A DNA stretch of 63,897 nt, filler included, from Hyphochytrium catenoides (Eukaryota > Protista > Hyphochytriomycota): NCBI GenBank assembly GCA_900088475.1. It is 13 parts of 13 records of this genome, joined end to end, with 100 filler letters (N's around TTAATTAATTAA, not from the genome) between each part and the next. Parts side by side here need not be neighbours in the genome. Positions count along the whole stretch, not along the records: positions 1 to 26,688 come from FLMG01003933.1; 12 more parts are not named here. The stretch is one strand, 5' to 3'. The notes beneath the pieces are model-generated. The model was not told where the DNA came from. It was given only the letters and a program-made list of their open reading frames with translations, and ran no database searches. A program made the position numbers and the translations under genes. Below are positions 1 to 12,061 of this stretch, piece after piece (within the stretch, counting starts at the first letter, position 1; every line of letters begins with the position of its first letter).

Positions 1-877
1 TCTCTCTCTCTCTCTCTCTCATGATAGTCCCTAGGTGCGGGGGCAGTCCATCAATCACCAAGGGAAACTTCCAACGCCTCTCCTCTTCCCAACCCTTGGC
101 CCAAGCTGTAGTAATAAGACACCATCCTGCTAACATAATCAATGATTTGGCCTGAGTAGTAATATTGATTCGGTGAATCAAAATGAAGAAACGAGCCGTC
201 CACTCCCTGTTTCTTCGTTCTCCGATTATCAATCTAGAATACGCTTGATAACTATTAGATGAGGGTGGTGGGTGGGTATGGGTTTTGGGTCTATTATCCG
301 GGTTAGCGCTGTTCTTCAGGGTTCTTGATCTCATTCATCTGATGAGCAGGGTCCCTTCTGTGTTCTGATGTGGGAGACAGAGACAGAGACAGAGATAGAG
401 CAAAAGAGAGTCTGAAGGAAGAGGACAAAGACAGAGAGGGGTATTAGTACTCTAACAGATAAAAGAGATAAATGGAAGAGGGAGACAGAGCCACAGAGAA
501 ATGGGAGAAGAGAGTCAGAGAGTGAACATATTGGGTGGAACATCACCGAGCAGAGCAGAGCAGAGGAGGAGGAAAGTGACAGAGCAATGTGCCGCGATCT
601 CCAGAGCGCCAAGAGGTCACTCTCTCTCTCTCTGCAGTTTGACTCAAGGGTAATCCAACGCTGCCTCGACTCCCACTCCCTTCTTTTCGAATCGTCAAGA
701 ACGCCGTCAATCAGCCTGCGGTCCGGCGCTTACGCTTGACTCCTAGACGGGTAACCCGAGCAGCACTCATACCCCAGCGGAGCTTGCAGGCGTGTACAGC
801 GGCGAGAGTAGGGGAAGCGAGATTGGGAACGTATACGAAGAGGACAAGCAGAGGATTGGCTGAGGCAGAGCAACATC

Positions 878-3510
878 ATGTTCAGCGTGGCGCAAAGCGG
901 GGTTGCTACCAATGCGGGTGCTAGGGAGAGGATGTAAGTATACGAGGGTCCACGACTTGTGGCCCCTGATCCGTCTGATAACTCTATTAACAACTCTCTT
1001 TTTCGTTTCTCTAGATTGTGCTGCCTTTGTGGCATGTCGATAGAGCCAAATCCTGCGAATATGTGCAGTACTTGCGTGAGTCAACAGGTCGATGTGACGG
1101 AGGGGATCGACAGACATCCCATCATATTCCAATGCAGGAAGTGCCTACGGTAGGCAATGAGTCAAATTCTCCCTTTCTGCAGCCCTTTGCCTCCACGTCC
1201 TTCAGTTGCCAGAAAATCTTCAGTGGGTCTTCTACCATGCCTTTGACCGCCATCATTGTCTTTGCAGGTGGCAAAGATCAGCCACGGGTGGATTTTCTCA
1301 AGCGGATCTTGAGTCTACAGAGCTCCTAGCAATTTGTCTGAAGCGAATCCAGGGATTAAACAAGGTGAAGCTGCTAGATGCCTCCTTCATCTGGACTGAG
1401 CCCCACTCCAAGCGCCTGAAGGTCAAGCTTGTGGTCAAGAAGGAGATAGAGGTGAGGGTCGCCTCTTGCTCACTTTCAACAAGCTGTGGATTCCCAACCT
1501 TTTATATTCTCTTGCCATGAATGTCGGGATTTGTCCTCCCGCACTTGGCTTTCACACTAAGACTCTTGGTGCTTGTCATCTGCTTCTTTGCGGTTTCCGA
1601 GTCGATGGCTGTAACTGATTGAGTGTACCGCCGCAGTCAATGAATAACCTAGCGGTGACGGACAGCATGGTTGTGGAGTTCGTGGTTCAGAATCAGCAGT
1701 GCCCAGAATGCGGCAAACAAGCCACCAATGACACCTGGAGGGGCTTGGTCCAAGTTAGACAGAAGGTAACACGCACCTTAACCTATAACTCTGGGTTTGT
1801 CGGAGCTGGTTTCCAGCCTTGTGACTAAATGACGGTCGTTGCCGTCATGGACATAAAGCAGCTTCTCTCTTGATAGATTATGCTAGCTCCCCGCTCCTTG
1901 TAGAGTCCTAAAAATTCTGGCTTTCACTTCAGGTTGAGCACAAGCGGACTTTCTACGTGTTAGAACAGCAAATCATTAAGAGCAACGCACAAGCCAATTG
2001 CCTGCAGATTCATCCCGTCAAAGACGGAGTTGACTTCTACTTCAATAGTCGGAGTGAGGCGGAGAGGTTCAGTCACTTCCTCGCCAAGCATGTGCCACAG
2101 AGAACTCGCACTTCAGAAAAGCTTGTTTCTGAGGATGTAAAGAACAGCACAGCAAATTTGAAGACAACAATCTCTGCGGAGATCGCACCAGTTTGCAGGG
2201 ACGATATAATGATTCTTCCTCCACGCCTAGTCGCGCAGTGCAGCAGCATCTTTCCCTGCGTTTTAGTTAGTAGAATAGCCTCCAGCATCCACGTCATTGA
2301 CCCTTTCACGTTAAGAAGGTAAGGAACGTCCCATGGTGGTGCCACGTCTAACAGCACAGTTCTAATAGGCTACCGCTCTCCTCGATATCGCTATCAGCTT
2401 TTCACTATTCTTCCTCCTCATCACGTTCTTCCTGCGCTTTGCCTTCTGACTAACTGTGGAATCCCCTACCTCTGGCAGTGGCGACATATCAGCCGACAAG
2501 TTCTGGCGTGACCCGGTTTGGCCTCTAGCGACGAGCAGAGACATGGTGGAGTTTACGGTGCTGGATGTGGAACCTTTGCAAAGAGGACAGAGAACAGAGA
2601 GAACGCGGGAGTTCACGCTTGCGGATGCCGAGGTTATTCGGTCTTCAGATTTTGGTGAGCACTCTGCTACGATGCTTCCTTGAATTTGTTTCGAAGCGTG
2701 AGCTGGCTTTGCCGGTCGTCTTAGAGTTTATACAATGTTCTCTCAATCTGTTGAAGCCATTCTCATCATCATAATTATACCGCTGCGAGACCCATCTTCT
2801 GCCACCTCCTCCAGTGCGTATCCTCGGGTGTTTTTATTCTTCATCGAGCGGTGGGCTGACAGTTCTGTGTGTGCAGGCGTCACCGATGACTATGTGACCG
2901 TACGGACGCACCTGGGTCAGGTTTTAAATGCAGGAGACACAGTCCTAGGCTACGACTTTCGAACTTCAAACTTCAACGATCGACTGCTACACTATATGAA
3001 GGGCAAGGAGCTTCCTCAAATTATTCTAGTGCGCAAGATCATGCCGCGGACTAGAGCGGTAAGGGTTATCCCTCATGCCCATGACTTGCTTTCCGCGTTT
3101 GAACTTCCATCCCTTCTATGGCACCATTGGGGGGCCTCCGAAAAGGGAGGAACTTGGGAAGCTCTCTTGCGTTTCATCCTCCTTGGCTGTTGGCTCCTTT
3201 AGTTTTGGTGTCTGCCCACATGCCTCTAACTACTTTCGCAAACCGCTGCATGCATGCCATATGTTAACAGAAGTCAAGGAAGTTGCGGAGTATTGGAATG
3301 ACAGCTGGTGGCGACGCCAAAGGAAAGAAGGAAAAGGGTCCTAGCAAAGCAGAGCTTGACTATGAACTCTTCTTGCATGAGTTAGAGGAAGAGGATCCTG
3401 ACGGTCTCTCTACTGCTTCAGTGCCCGCCGACGCAGTGGAGGATAGTGACTCTCCTGACTTGTCAGAGCTTAAGGCTTCTCTACCTCCTCTCAGTCCGGC
3501 TGGAGCATAA
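878..3510 (+). CDS. NMD3: 60S ribosomal export adaptor NMD3, multi-exon
   Basis: ATG at 878; exon 1 (878-933) splices in frame to 1015, giving ILCCLCGMSIEPNPANMCSTC...CRKC. Later exons give ELLAICLKRIQGLNKVKLLDASFIWTEPHSKRLKVKL, QCPEC, VQVRQKVEHKRTFYVLEQQIIK, DGVDFYF, RTHLGQVLNAGDTVLGYD and a C-terminal YELFLHELEEED. GT-AG introns; TAA at 3508-3510. Confidence 0.96.
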
Positions 3511-3933
3511 ATAGCACCTTAGAGCTGTTAGTCTCAAGGCACGTTAGGAAAACGTTATAACAAGCTGAACGGGAGCAAGGTTGTCCTTGGAGGTTGGAAG
3601 CGCCTGAACTCCCGCGGGATATTGACAACTCGCACAGCCGTGAGGCTAGCTAATAATGGGACCATCGTTGCATCTCGTATGACTTGGCTGGGAGCATGGA
3701 CGCTCCTAGTGCTACTGAAAGAGGGACCCAAAATGCACACGGGACCTCGTAGCTATAAGAAGAAGTAACGCAGCGGCACTTATTCGTGTTTGCTAAGGAG
3801 AAGGGATTCCACATGTATAGCCAGGATTTTTGCGGACTTACTACTAAGTTATTTTATAAAAGGTGTTGACTTAGTCTACATGAGCCATCGGGATAAGGCA
3901 AAGAGTTAACCAACGGCGAGGCTTAACCCGTCC

Positions 3934-6405
3934 TTAATTTTCATTAAATGCACCGCGATCCATCTCAATAATCGCTGTGTGCATTGACAACGTGTCCCTC
4001 GCCAGATCTACGTGGAGATTCTCTGTTGGGAAAAACAAAACCGAGGCCATGCAATGGAGAACGGAATCAACAACAGCCATGCTCGGTAAGCAGTAAACCT
4101 TAAGAGCGATCCTTACCAATCAGCTTTCCATCAAGTACTGCGACTCCAGCGTCGCTGCTGATGGCGTCCTCCCAAGCTTGAATAACCTTCTTCGCATGCT
4201 CCACCTCTTTACTTGAGGGAGAGAACACATCATTCGTGATGGAAATAGTCTAATAACAGTAGAACATGGTGTCACCCGTTAGAAGACCGTTCGAAGGAGA
4301 TAGGATCTAAAGATAGTGCTGCTGGAGTTTCTTGACCTTCTATTCCTGCTCCATCTCGCCCTTTCAAAGCTAGACTTTGGTTATTTGCCCTTAACCTCTT
4401 CGTTCCACCTCTTTCCTTCTAGTCCTACCTTAGGGTGTATAATGGTCTTTCCATCAAAACCAAGGTCCCGGCCCTGTTGGCAGACGTCGTGAAAAGATTC
4501 TAAGTCGTGGATATCTAGCTGGACGCCATCCAGAACCTTCAGGCCATAAGATCGGCCCGCGAGAATTATCATTGAAAGGGAAGGAAGGAGAGGGAGCCGG
4601 TCGGGCATCGTGTTGCTGCAGCGTAACTCCTGTGGATACAAGGGCAAAGGGATTAGTTATCGCAAAAGGGGGAAGGGCCCAGACTTCCGGTGTCCACAGT
4701 TGCCAGCAGGCAGGAAAAAACGCTATGAGCATATGCATAGTGTGACATGTGATTCGCAAGAGACAGCTCTTTCCAGATGTAGATGGGACGGGGATCTAAA
4801 GGTAAACCCTTGAGATTCTTAGACACCGTGTGGCAAGCTAAGTAGTCAAACATCTTCAAGCAAAGAGGTCAACAAAATACTGCTTATCGGGACTGCATCG
4901 TGACGACCAAAGGATAGGGCAGAGTAGAAGATCGAAGGAAGGAAGAGACAGAAAGGAAATCCGGACAGCTGTCCGCGGAAAAGAGGGGCGTACCTTGGAC
5001 AGGTCTGAAGTTCCGGCCACAAGGACTTTCAGCCGCGGATGAGATCTGGCAATCTCTTTGGCATTCAGGACTCCAAGTGGTGTCTCGATCATGGCCCACA
5101 GCTCCAAGGCTACGAAGGCAGAAGAAGCAAGAGGAGGAATAAGAAAGTACACAGTGACTCAAGGAGGGAAGGGAAGATAGTCGTCCAAAACCCAGGTGGA
5201 AGCGACAGTAACTATCGGGTGTAAATGGGCCCTTACATCGAGGAGCTCGTAGCTCTTCAAGCCTTCCAACAACACTTAGTACATCATCGGCACAGCTAAC
5301 TTTCGGAACAACCACAGCATCAAGTCCTGCGACGGTTCGTGTTGACGGCAGACGTAAGAAAATGTGTGACACAAGGGCGTCAACATAGAGAGCGCAGCGC
5401 GATACGGCAGTCAATCCAAAAGAAGAGGTAAGCTGTTCTTGCTGGCTAAGTGTGCACTATCGAGAGGATTCAAAGGGAAGGAGTAGCCTGTCCGTCCGTC
5501 TATCTTTACTTCCTCCAGCTAACGATGGCTCTCGAAAGCTAGACGTTCTCTCGCATCCTTCAGGCCCTCACGTCCTACCTAAGCTTACGACGCTGCTCAA
5601 GTCATCCTCGCCCCACTGGGAGTCCAAACTGTTTATCCTCACTGTCACTGTCCGGAAGCCGAAGCCCCCTTGAGAGACCTCCTCCATCACTGTTTGCCGT
5701 GCCTCCGCCTACGATTGCATTGCCAACATTCGCTTGAGCAATCATTTTCCGTTCAATCTTACGCTTCTCTCCCTTTCCTACTGCTCCTCCCTTCTCTAGG
5801 CTCTCCTCATTATCACTCTTCTTATTCATATGCTTCTTTCCTAGCTTTCCTAACTTTCTGCCACCCCTCTTGCTCTCTCTGTCTTTGTCTTTCTCCAGCT
5901 CATTGTTATTTGCTCTCTATCCCGCTGTGCTGCATCTCCCTCTCTCCCTCTCCTTAGGTTGTGACTCCTTTGCCTCTGTACCTTCATATGAGGAGCAACT
6001 GCATCCTCTAAGTCGAGAATCAACGCATCAGCCTTGAGCTGTCTAGCTTTATCTATTGCACTGCGGCGGTTTCCTGCAGATGTAATCCCCGCAAGCGTGA
6101 GATGACAGACATCGGCGTGACGCATGTACTCGAGAGGAACAACAAGGAGAGATGTCTAGAAGAATAGCGTAGGGAACGGGCCCAAGAGAGCCAGCTAACG
6201 TTGCGAAAAGGTCTAGTCGCCCTTGACCTGGGGTATAGAGGACGCTCCTCAGCGGTCTCAGGTTCCGGGTGGACTTGAACTCCTTCAGATGGTTGTTGCT
6301 GCCATCACCAAAGTCTCTCCGAAAGACCAAAGGACCTGTGGTCTTCCGAACCCCAGCCCAAGGCCGAAAGGATGACCTCAGCGGAAGAGCAGCTCCACGA
6401 AGCAT
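3934..6405 (-). CDS. HpcH/HpaI-CitE family C-C lyase / (3S)-malyl-CoA thioesterase-like protein with a probable mitochondrial presequence, multi-exon
   Basis: Spliced motifs RPLRSVLYTPG, KADALILDLEDAVAP, VRINSLDSQWGEDDL, VVVPKV, LWAMIETPLGVLNA, GTSDL, LDGV, QGRDLGFDGKTIIHP, ENLHV. The N-terminus MLRGAALPLRSSFRPWAGVRK is Arg/Ser/Ala-rich and acid-free. Confidence 0.9.
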
Positions 6406-7128
6406 CGAGATGCTGATGTTGGACACAAAGTGAACTGGCAGAAGCCACTGCTTTCCGACAAAGGGCTTCACTCTCTTAGGTCACCCAACAGGTAACTGCT
6501 CGGAACGAGGGAGAAAGGACACTCGCCGTGGGTGGACCAGACTGCTCTACAGATCTATTCAATCGAGGACAAAGGGAGCCAGAGACTCTGCCAAGTCACC
6601 GCAGAAGGAAGAGGAGAATCAGGTACGATAGCAGAGGACGGGAGAAAATGACTCTGGCGGCTCCTCTCAAAAAAGCCGCAGAGACGGTCAAACTGCAGCG
6701 TCAGTGACAGAGATGAAAGGCCTTCGTGCGCGCTCCGAGCAGCTCATAGACCAACGAGAGAGCCAGCAACAAGAGGTGTGATGAAGGCTCTGGCTTGCTG
6801 CACTCCTTGTGCCATCATCCTCATCATCCCAGCAGCAGGAACCAAAGATGTGGCCGATCTTTTCCGTTTCTATGCCACAATTGCAGGTGTTGGCATCATA
6901 CTATTCCGAATAGTGCTCCTATATGAGTAGCTAATTCTAATACTTGAACGGCCTACCGTCTTATATTAGGAATGCGTCATTGAGGTGAGGATCAGAACGC
7001 CTGTCCTTAGTTTTTTGTTCTCCTTCTTCCAAGAAAGCAAGGACGGGCGGCCTTCTCTTGTTCTTCACTTCTTCTTCACTTTCTCCTTTCTTGTTGCCAG
7101 GACTCCGATCCTCCTCCAGTCTAGGAGA

Positions 7129-7384
7129 TCTGCTATAAGACACAGATGCTACGCTGCCCCATGGCTCAGCCACTCTTTAGTTTACTACCAGCAGAGGGGA
7201 GGTTGAGCTGTGAGCTATCTGTAGGGCCGGCTCCCGCGCTCTCCTCTGCTATANNNNNNNNNNNNNNNNNNNNNNNNNNNNNNNNNNNNNNNNNNNNNNN
7301 NNNNNNNNNNNNNNNAGTTTACTACCAGCAGCGGGGAGGTTGAGCTGTGAGCTATCTGTAGGGCCGGCTCCCGTGCTCTCCTCT
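7129..7384. repeat. ~116-bp tandem duplication straddling the scaffold gap (7254-7315)
   Basis: 7179-7247 recurs at 7316-7384 with 2 substitutions; TCTGCTATA recurs at 7129 and 7245 (period 116). Confidence 0.75.
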
Positions 7385-9657
7385 TACTTCTGATAACATC
7401 GCGGAGAGATATAAGGGTCAAGGTAGATTCTGATAGTGAATGTGGAGGAGGAGTGTCTGTTTCTTTGAGCCTCTACTTGCCGCCCGACAGTCGGAGTAGT
7501 CCTCCGTGAAACGGGAAGGACGGAAATAAGATGAGGGAGAAGAAGATAAGAGTACGTGCTAGCCAGTCCCAATGTCTAGCTCTGTCATCATGCAGGAGAG
7601 GCTAAAGATTGATTGATGGCAACCATACTGGGCACCACAACTACTGCATCCTGAGGAGCCAGAAAGGTCGTCATGACCTTACCAATAACCCTGCTTTTTG
7701 CTCTCATTATCAGGTAGGGGAAGAGCAGCAGAAAGAGAGGATCTGCGGGAAGCGTGAAGTAGAGAGCTCACTCTCTAAAAACAGTTTGAAGCAAGACGTC
7801 AGAAATATCCATATCGTAGTGCTACCTTTGCCAATCCTCTTAGCTTGGCCGACGGCTGCCAAGGCTTCTCCCCGTAGGCCACGCGGTGGAGGCTACCTCG
7901 CGACCAGTTATCAAAAGGCCCTCCACCTAAACGTTTCTTATTGTCATGCTAGTAGCAGGTGCGGCTTATAAGAGATGGTTGGTCATCATTTACATTGATG
8001 GGGAGAAAGAGCTACTAGACAAGATCTGCTTATTATGGCCGTTGTCTAGCTGGATGCGCGTCTATATGCGTGCATGCCTACCCTGCGCTTCTCTCCCTCG
8101 TCCTATGAATTGGGGTCTTCCCGTTTAGCTCACATCATTGATGGACAAAGCGGCGGTAGGCCATCATTCTATCTGTACCATGGGCCGACTCGACCGATAT
8201 CTAGCATAGCATGATTGTGCTGAGCGATAGCAGCGGCGGGACTACTCCCTTTCGAGTCTAGTTTTGCTCGTTCCTGCCTCTGCCTACTGCCCATCTCTCT
8301 GTCTCCTGACTCTTCGTGTGCTTCGCCATCTCCTTTTCTCTTACTTCACCGCTAACCTCCCCCTCCTCCTGCTGCCGTTGTCTTCACTGATGCGTTGTGA
8401 CGCCACTGTGATTGATGAGAACTTCCTGGAGCCTCTTTTCGTTACTTTTGGCCATCTGGATCTTATTTCAGCTTGTTTCATTTTACCAAAACATAGTAAA
8501 AGACTTACGAATTGTTCCACAATTACGAAAACCCGAACCCTTTAGGTATACGTAGCAATAGTGGGTATCGCCACCACCAAATTCGCAATCCTCACTGTTC
8601 TCGGGACGATGGTTGTGTTTGGACCGATGACATAAAATTGCTCCTCGGTTTACCACTGTCCAAAGCTAGCGCCTGATAATCTGACAACTTCATCTCATCC
8701 TTTGCCCTGCCCTACCTGCACCAGCAACCGTCTGGGCCCTGGGCCCAGCAAGGGCCCAGCAGACAGAGACTAAAATGATGGAAGAGCAGCTGAAAGCAGG
8801 AAGACAGCAGCCGACGACAAGGAGGAAGAGAAGGGGAGCAAGGGAGTAGTTCTAAGGCAGAAGGCTTGTGAAGTGCCAAATGTCCTCCTAGCTGCTGCTG
8901 CCTTCCATGACCACAGTCTGCCTCTGACTGATTGATAGGTGATCGACCAGGCCCTTATTAGCGACCTGCCTCCCTTCTCACTTCCTGAGAGGACATGACT
9001 CTTCGTTCCTCCGGAGCTGTAACCTTCATCATCTACTCATTGACCATTTCAGACTGCGGGGGTTGAAGAGGAGGTGGGGTTTGGCGATGAAGACGAACAG
9101 GGCTAGGACTAACAACAATGGTCGGAGAGATAACTCGGCGGGTCAACCTCTGCCAACCTCTTTCTTTGACCAAACATCGCACAGAAGAGTCGTAAAGCTC
9201 AGTCACCGTTTCGGCAATCGTGAGATTTGAGTCGTAAAGCAAAGTTCTAAGAGATGCAGAGAGCTAGTAGGCTGCAGTCTATGTGGCTTTGGACCTCGAC
9301 GACTGGTGAGATGATGCTTGGGGACGGACGCTGCGGTGTGTCAGCTTCAATAAACCAGATGACCGTTTCCCCTTTGCCATGCTACCAATGTTACCAGTCA
9401 ATCCCCCTGATACGTCACGTGTGACCTGCTCTGTGATCTTTGTTCTGACTCTCCATTTCTTGAATCTTATATCCCAGCCAACTATCCTCCCCCTCCCTAG
9501 TTGCCTACCATTCTTTAGATATTCAACTTGTTGTCAGCTGCTAAGCATCATTAGCGAAACAGCCACCTCCCAGACACATAATCTACTATCGCCTTCGTCG
9601 GGCCTCTTGCTAGGGTCGAGCCGGTGCTGCGCTCGGAAAAAGCGTTAGTCCTCGACC

Positions 9658-11448
9658 ATGCGGAGCATCCTTCTCAGTCTTACAGCTGCCATAGCTGTGA
9701 CCTTGGCTTCAGCAGAGCAGTTTCAGTCTGCTGCCGAACATTCTACCCTAAACGCACTGCATGGGACCAGGGTTCGAAGAGCTTTAGACGTGCCACGTGA
9801 TCCGAAGCTCTATTATGGCCCGCTAATCTATCTACGCGACAACAGCGGCAAATTTAAAGACTCCAGGCTAGACAGCGGAGGTTGGTGGATGACCCCCGTC
9901 CATGCCAATCTCCTCCCTAATGGCAAGATTTTAATCATGGGATGGTCCCGACTGGCTTTTCAAGACTGTAACATGGAGGCTGGAGAGGGAAGGAAGCATG
10001 GTCTCAGCTTCGTCCTTGATCCAGCGACACTGCCCAGCGCGCAGGGGGCGATGTACAATATAGAGCCACTAAGTGAGGTGCCCAAGCAGTTTGATAGAGA
10101 CGTAATGTACTGCTCTGGCCACACGCATCTCCCTGACGGACGAATCCTTATTCTTGGAGGTGCCACGTATCAAGAGCTGGGCGTCAAAGACAGAGAACAG
10201 GAGTATGGGTTGGACTATGTGAGGGTCTTTGATCCTACCAACAACACGGTGACACGGCTTGAGGAAGTGATGCCTATCGGCACAGCTTGGTATCCCAGCG
10301 CTGCCCGCCTGCCAGGCGGGAAAGTGCTCGTAACAGGTGGCTTCTTCCGCTGCTGTGGGGACCAATACCTGAACACGGGGCTGGCGATCTTCGACATCAA
10401 TAAGTTCACTAGAGGAGAGAGGGGATACTGGGAGTTACTAGCAAGGCATGGAGAGGAAGGTACCGCACGGCAGATTGGACCTGGGCTGCGCGATTACACG
10501 CACTTCTTCGTACTACCTAAGCCTGTAGATGGCAAGGGGGTCGCAGCCATAGGCGCATGGGGTAAGATCACGCTAATCGAGACGAACGATGTAAACGGAA
10601 GGCAGTGGTCTGACGTCTACAACGGTGACCGGCCTCACCCTGATGGTGCTTATCCTACTGGCTGGGATTCTAGCAGCCTTCTCTCTCCTACAGGAGAGCT
10701 CATGATAATGGGCGGCAGCGATGGGTATAATACACTGCAGAGAATCGACCTCTGGAACCCTGAGACTAAACAATGGAGATCCGTACACACTGGCATCAAA
10801 CGCCGCAACCCTGACACCGTCATTTTACCTGATGGCACGATACTCATCATCAACGGAGATAGGCCAGACAATGCTCCCTGGTATGACTTCAAGAAAGACG
10901 GTGATGAGTGTGACTACCGCTGTCCACAAATCTTTGATCCCTTCACTAATAGCATTCGGACCCTGCCAAAGTGGGAAGAGTGGGACCTAGACCGCCGTGG
11001 CTATCACTCGTGGGCAATTGTGATGGCTGATGGGAAGGTTCTCACAGGCGGAGGGGTGTGGGATCACGGAGGTATTGCCTGCGAACATCCCAGTATGAGG
11101 ATCTTTACGCCTCCCTACCTCCTGAACCTGAAGAATTCCAGACCAGAGATCAGTGAACTTAGTGCAACAACATTTAGACCAAGAATGTCAGTGCGTCTTA
11201 GCATCAAGGGAGAGCTAAGGCAGGAGCGTGCGGTTGCCCTCCTTGCGCCTGGTAGCTTCACCCATGCCTTCGACCAACACCAGCGTTATGTAGCTCTCTC
11301 CTATCACAAAGTCCCTGATCAAAATGGGGTCTTTGAAGTTTCCTTGCCACAGGACCAAGTCATCATTGCGGGTGGCTACTACCTCTATGTCATCAACATT
11401 GATGGCACGCCTTCGGTCGGCAAGTATGTGCAGGTAGAGGAGAACTAA
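9658..11448 (+). CDS. Secreted copper radical oxidase (CAZy AA5, galactose/glyoxal oxidase family; Kelch propeller + C-terminal Ig-like domain), intronless, 596 aa
   Basis: Signal peptide MRSILLSLTAAIAVTLASA and propeptide RVRR. All five catalytic residues are present: Cys152 (MYCSG), Tyr212 (WYPS), Tyr449-His450 (RGYHS), His536 (FTHA). Kelch LPDGRILILGG-type repeats, FTPPYL and a GYYLYVI...PSVG tail. Confidence 0.93.
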   Translation: MRSILLSLTAAIAVTLASAEQFQSAAEHSTLNALHGTRVRRALDVPRDPKLYYGPLIYLRDNSGKFKDSRLDSGGWWMTPVHANLLPNGKILIMGWSRLAFQDCNMEAGEGRKHGLSFVLDPATLPSAQGAMYNIEPLSEVPKQFDRDVMYCSGHTHLPDGRILILGGATYQELGVKDREQEYGLDYVRVFDPTNNTVTRLEEVMPIGTAWYPSAARLPGGKVLVTGGFFRCCGDQYLNTGLAIFDINKFTRGERGYWELLARHGEEGTARQIGPGLRDYTHFFVLPKPVDGKGVAAIGAWGKITLIETNDVNGRQWSDVYNGDRPHPDGAYPTGWDSSSLLSPTGELMIMGGSDGYNTLQRIDLWNPETKQWRSVHTGIKRRNPDTVILPDGTILIINGDRPDNAPWYDFKKDGDECDYRCPQIFDPFTNSIRTLPKWEEWDLDRRGYHSWAIVMADGKVLTGGGVWDHGGIACEHPSMRIFTPPYLLNLKNSRPEISELSATTFRPRMSVRLSIKGELRQERAVALLAPGSFTHAFDQHQRYVALSYHKVPDQNGVFEVSLPQDQVIIAGGYYLYVINIDGTPSVGKYVQVEEN

Positions 11449-12061
11449 CGACCGCATGCACTTAGTCTATCGACAGTTATGTTGCTACAGCAGCTCCCCT
11501 GTCATCAATCAAACTATAACCCTTTGGAAATTATTGATGGGCTTGCAAGAGTGTGGTACAGAAGAGCCAAATGAAAATAGACTTCTTTTATATCCACAGA
11601 GCTCCGCACTTAATGAGGAGGATAATAGCATGTTGAGAATGCCAAAGCAGCCGCACATAGACCGCAAGTCCGGCTGGCTCTCAATTAAGTTAAGGCACAC
11701 AAGAGTCTATGAAGAAGGGACAGCCTTCTTCACAACCGGAAATGTGTATCTCAATGTCAAACTGTGGCCCCGTCGTCATCATAAGACCAGGGCATCGTTT
11801 TTTAGCCCATACCTACGGTCACACCTTTCATTTGTGGCATTACCCTGCGAATTGAGTCTGGATAAAGTCCCCTGCTACCTTTACTACCCATATTTTCGAC
11901 ATCTCACGCCTGCTAGGTCGCGTACGGACCGACTTTGTACATTAGGCAAGCAATCCTGAGTGTCGTCGTCTGCTCTAAACTATCCCCGTGCAATCGTTGG
12001 ATACTCCCTTATACGCACAGGCACCAGAGCACTGTCATCATGGACTGAAGCCATGTGGCTA

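Noticed and set aside
7179-7384. Repeat across the gap as a functional array
   Set aside because: Only two copies around an unresolved gap; a local tandem duplication or haplotype overlap explains it.
9960-11457. Antisense and alternate-frame ORFs over the AA5 gene (likewise over ERG3, the CH protein and copia pol)
   Set aside because: Shadow ORFs of real coding sequence with no independent motifs.
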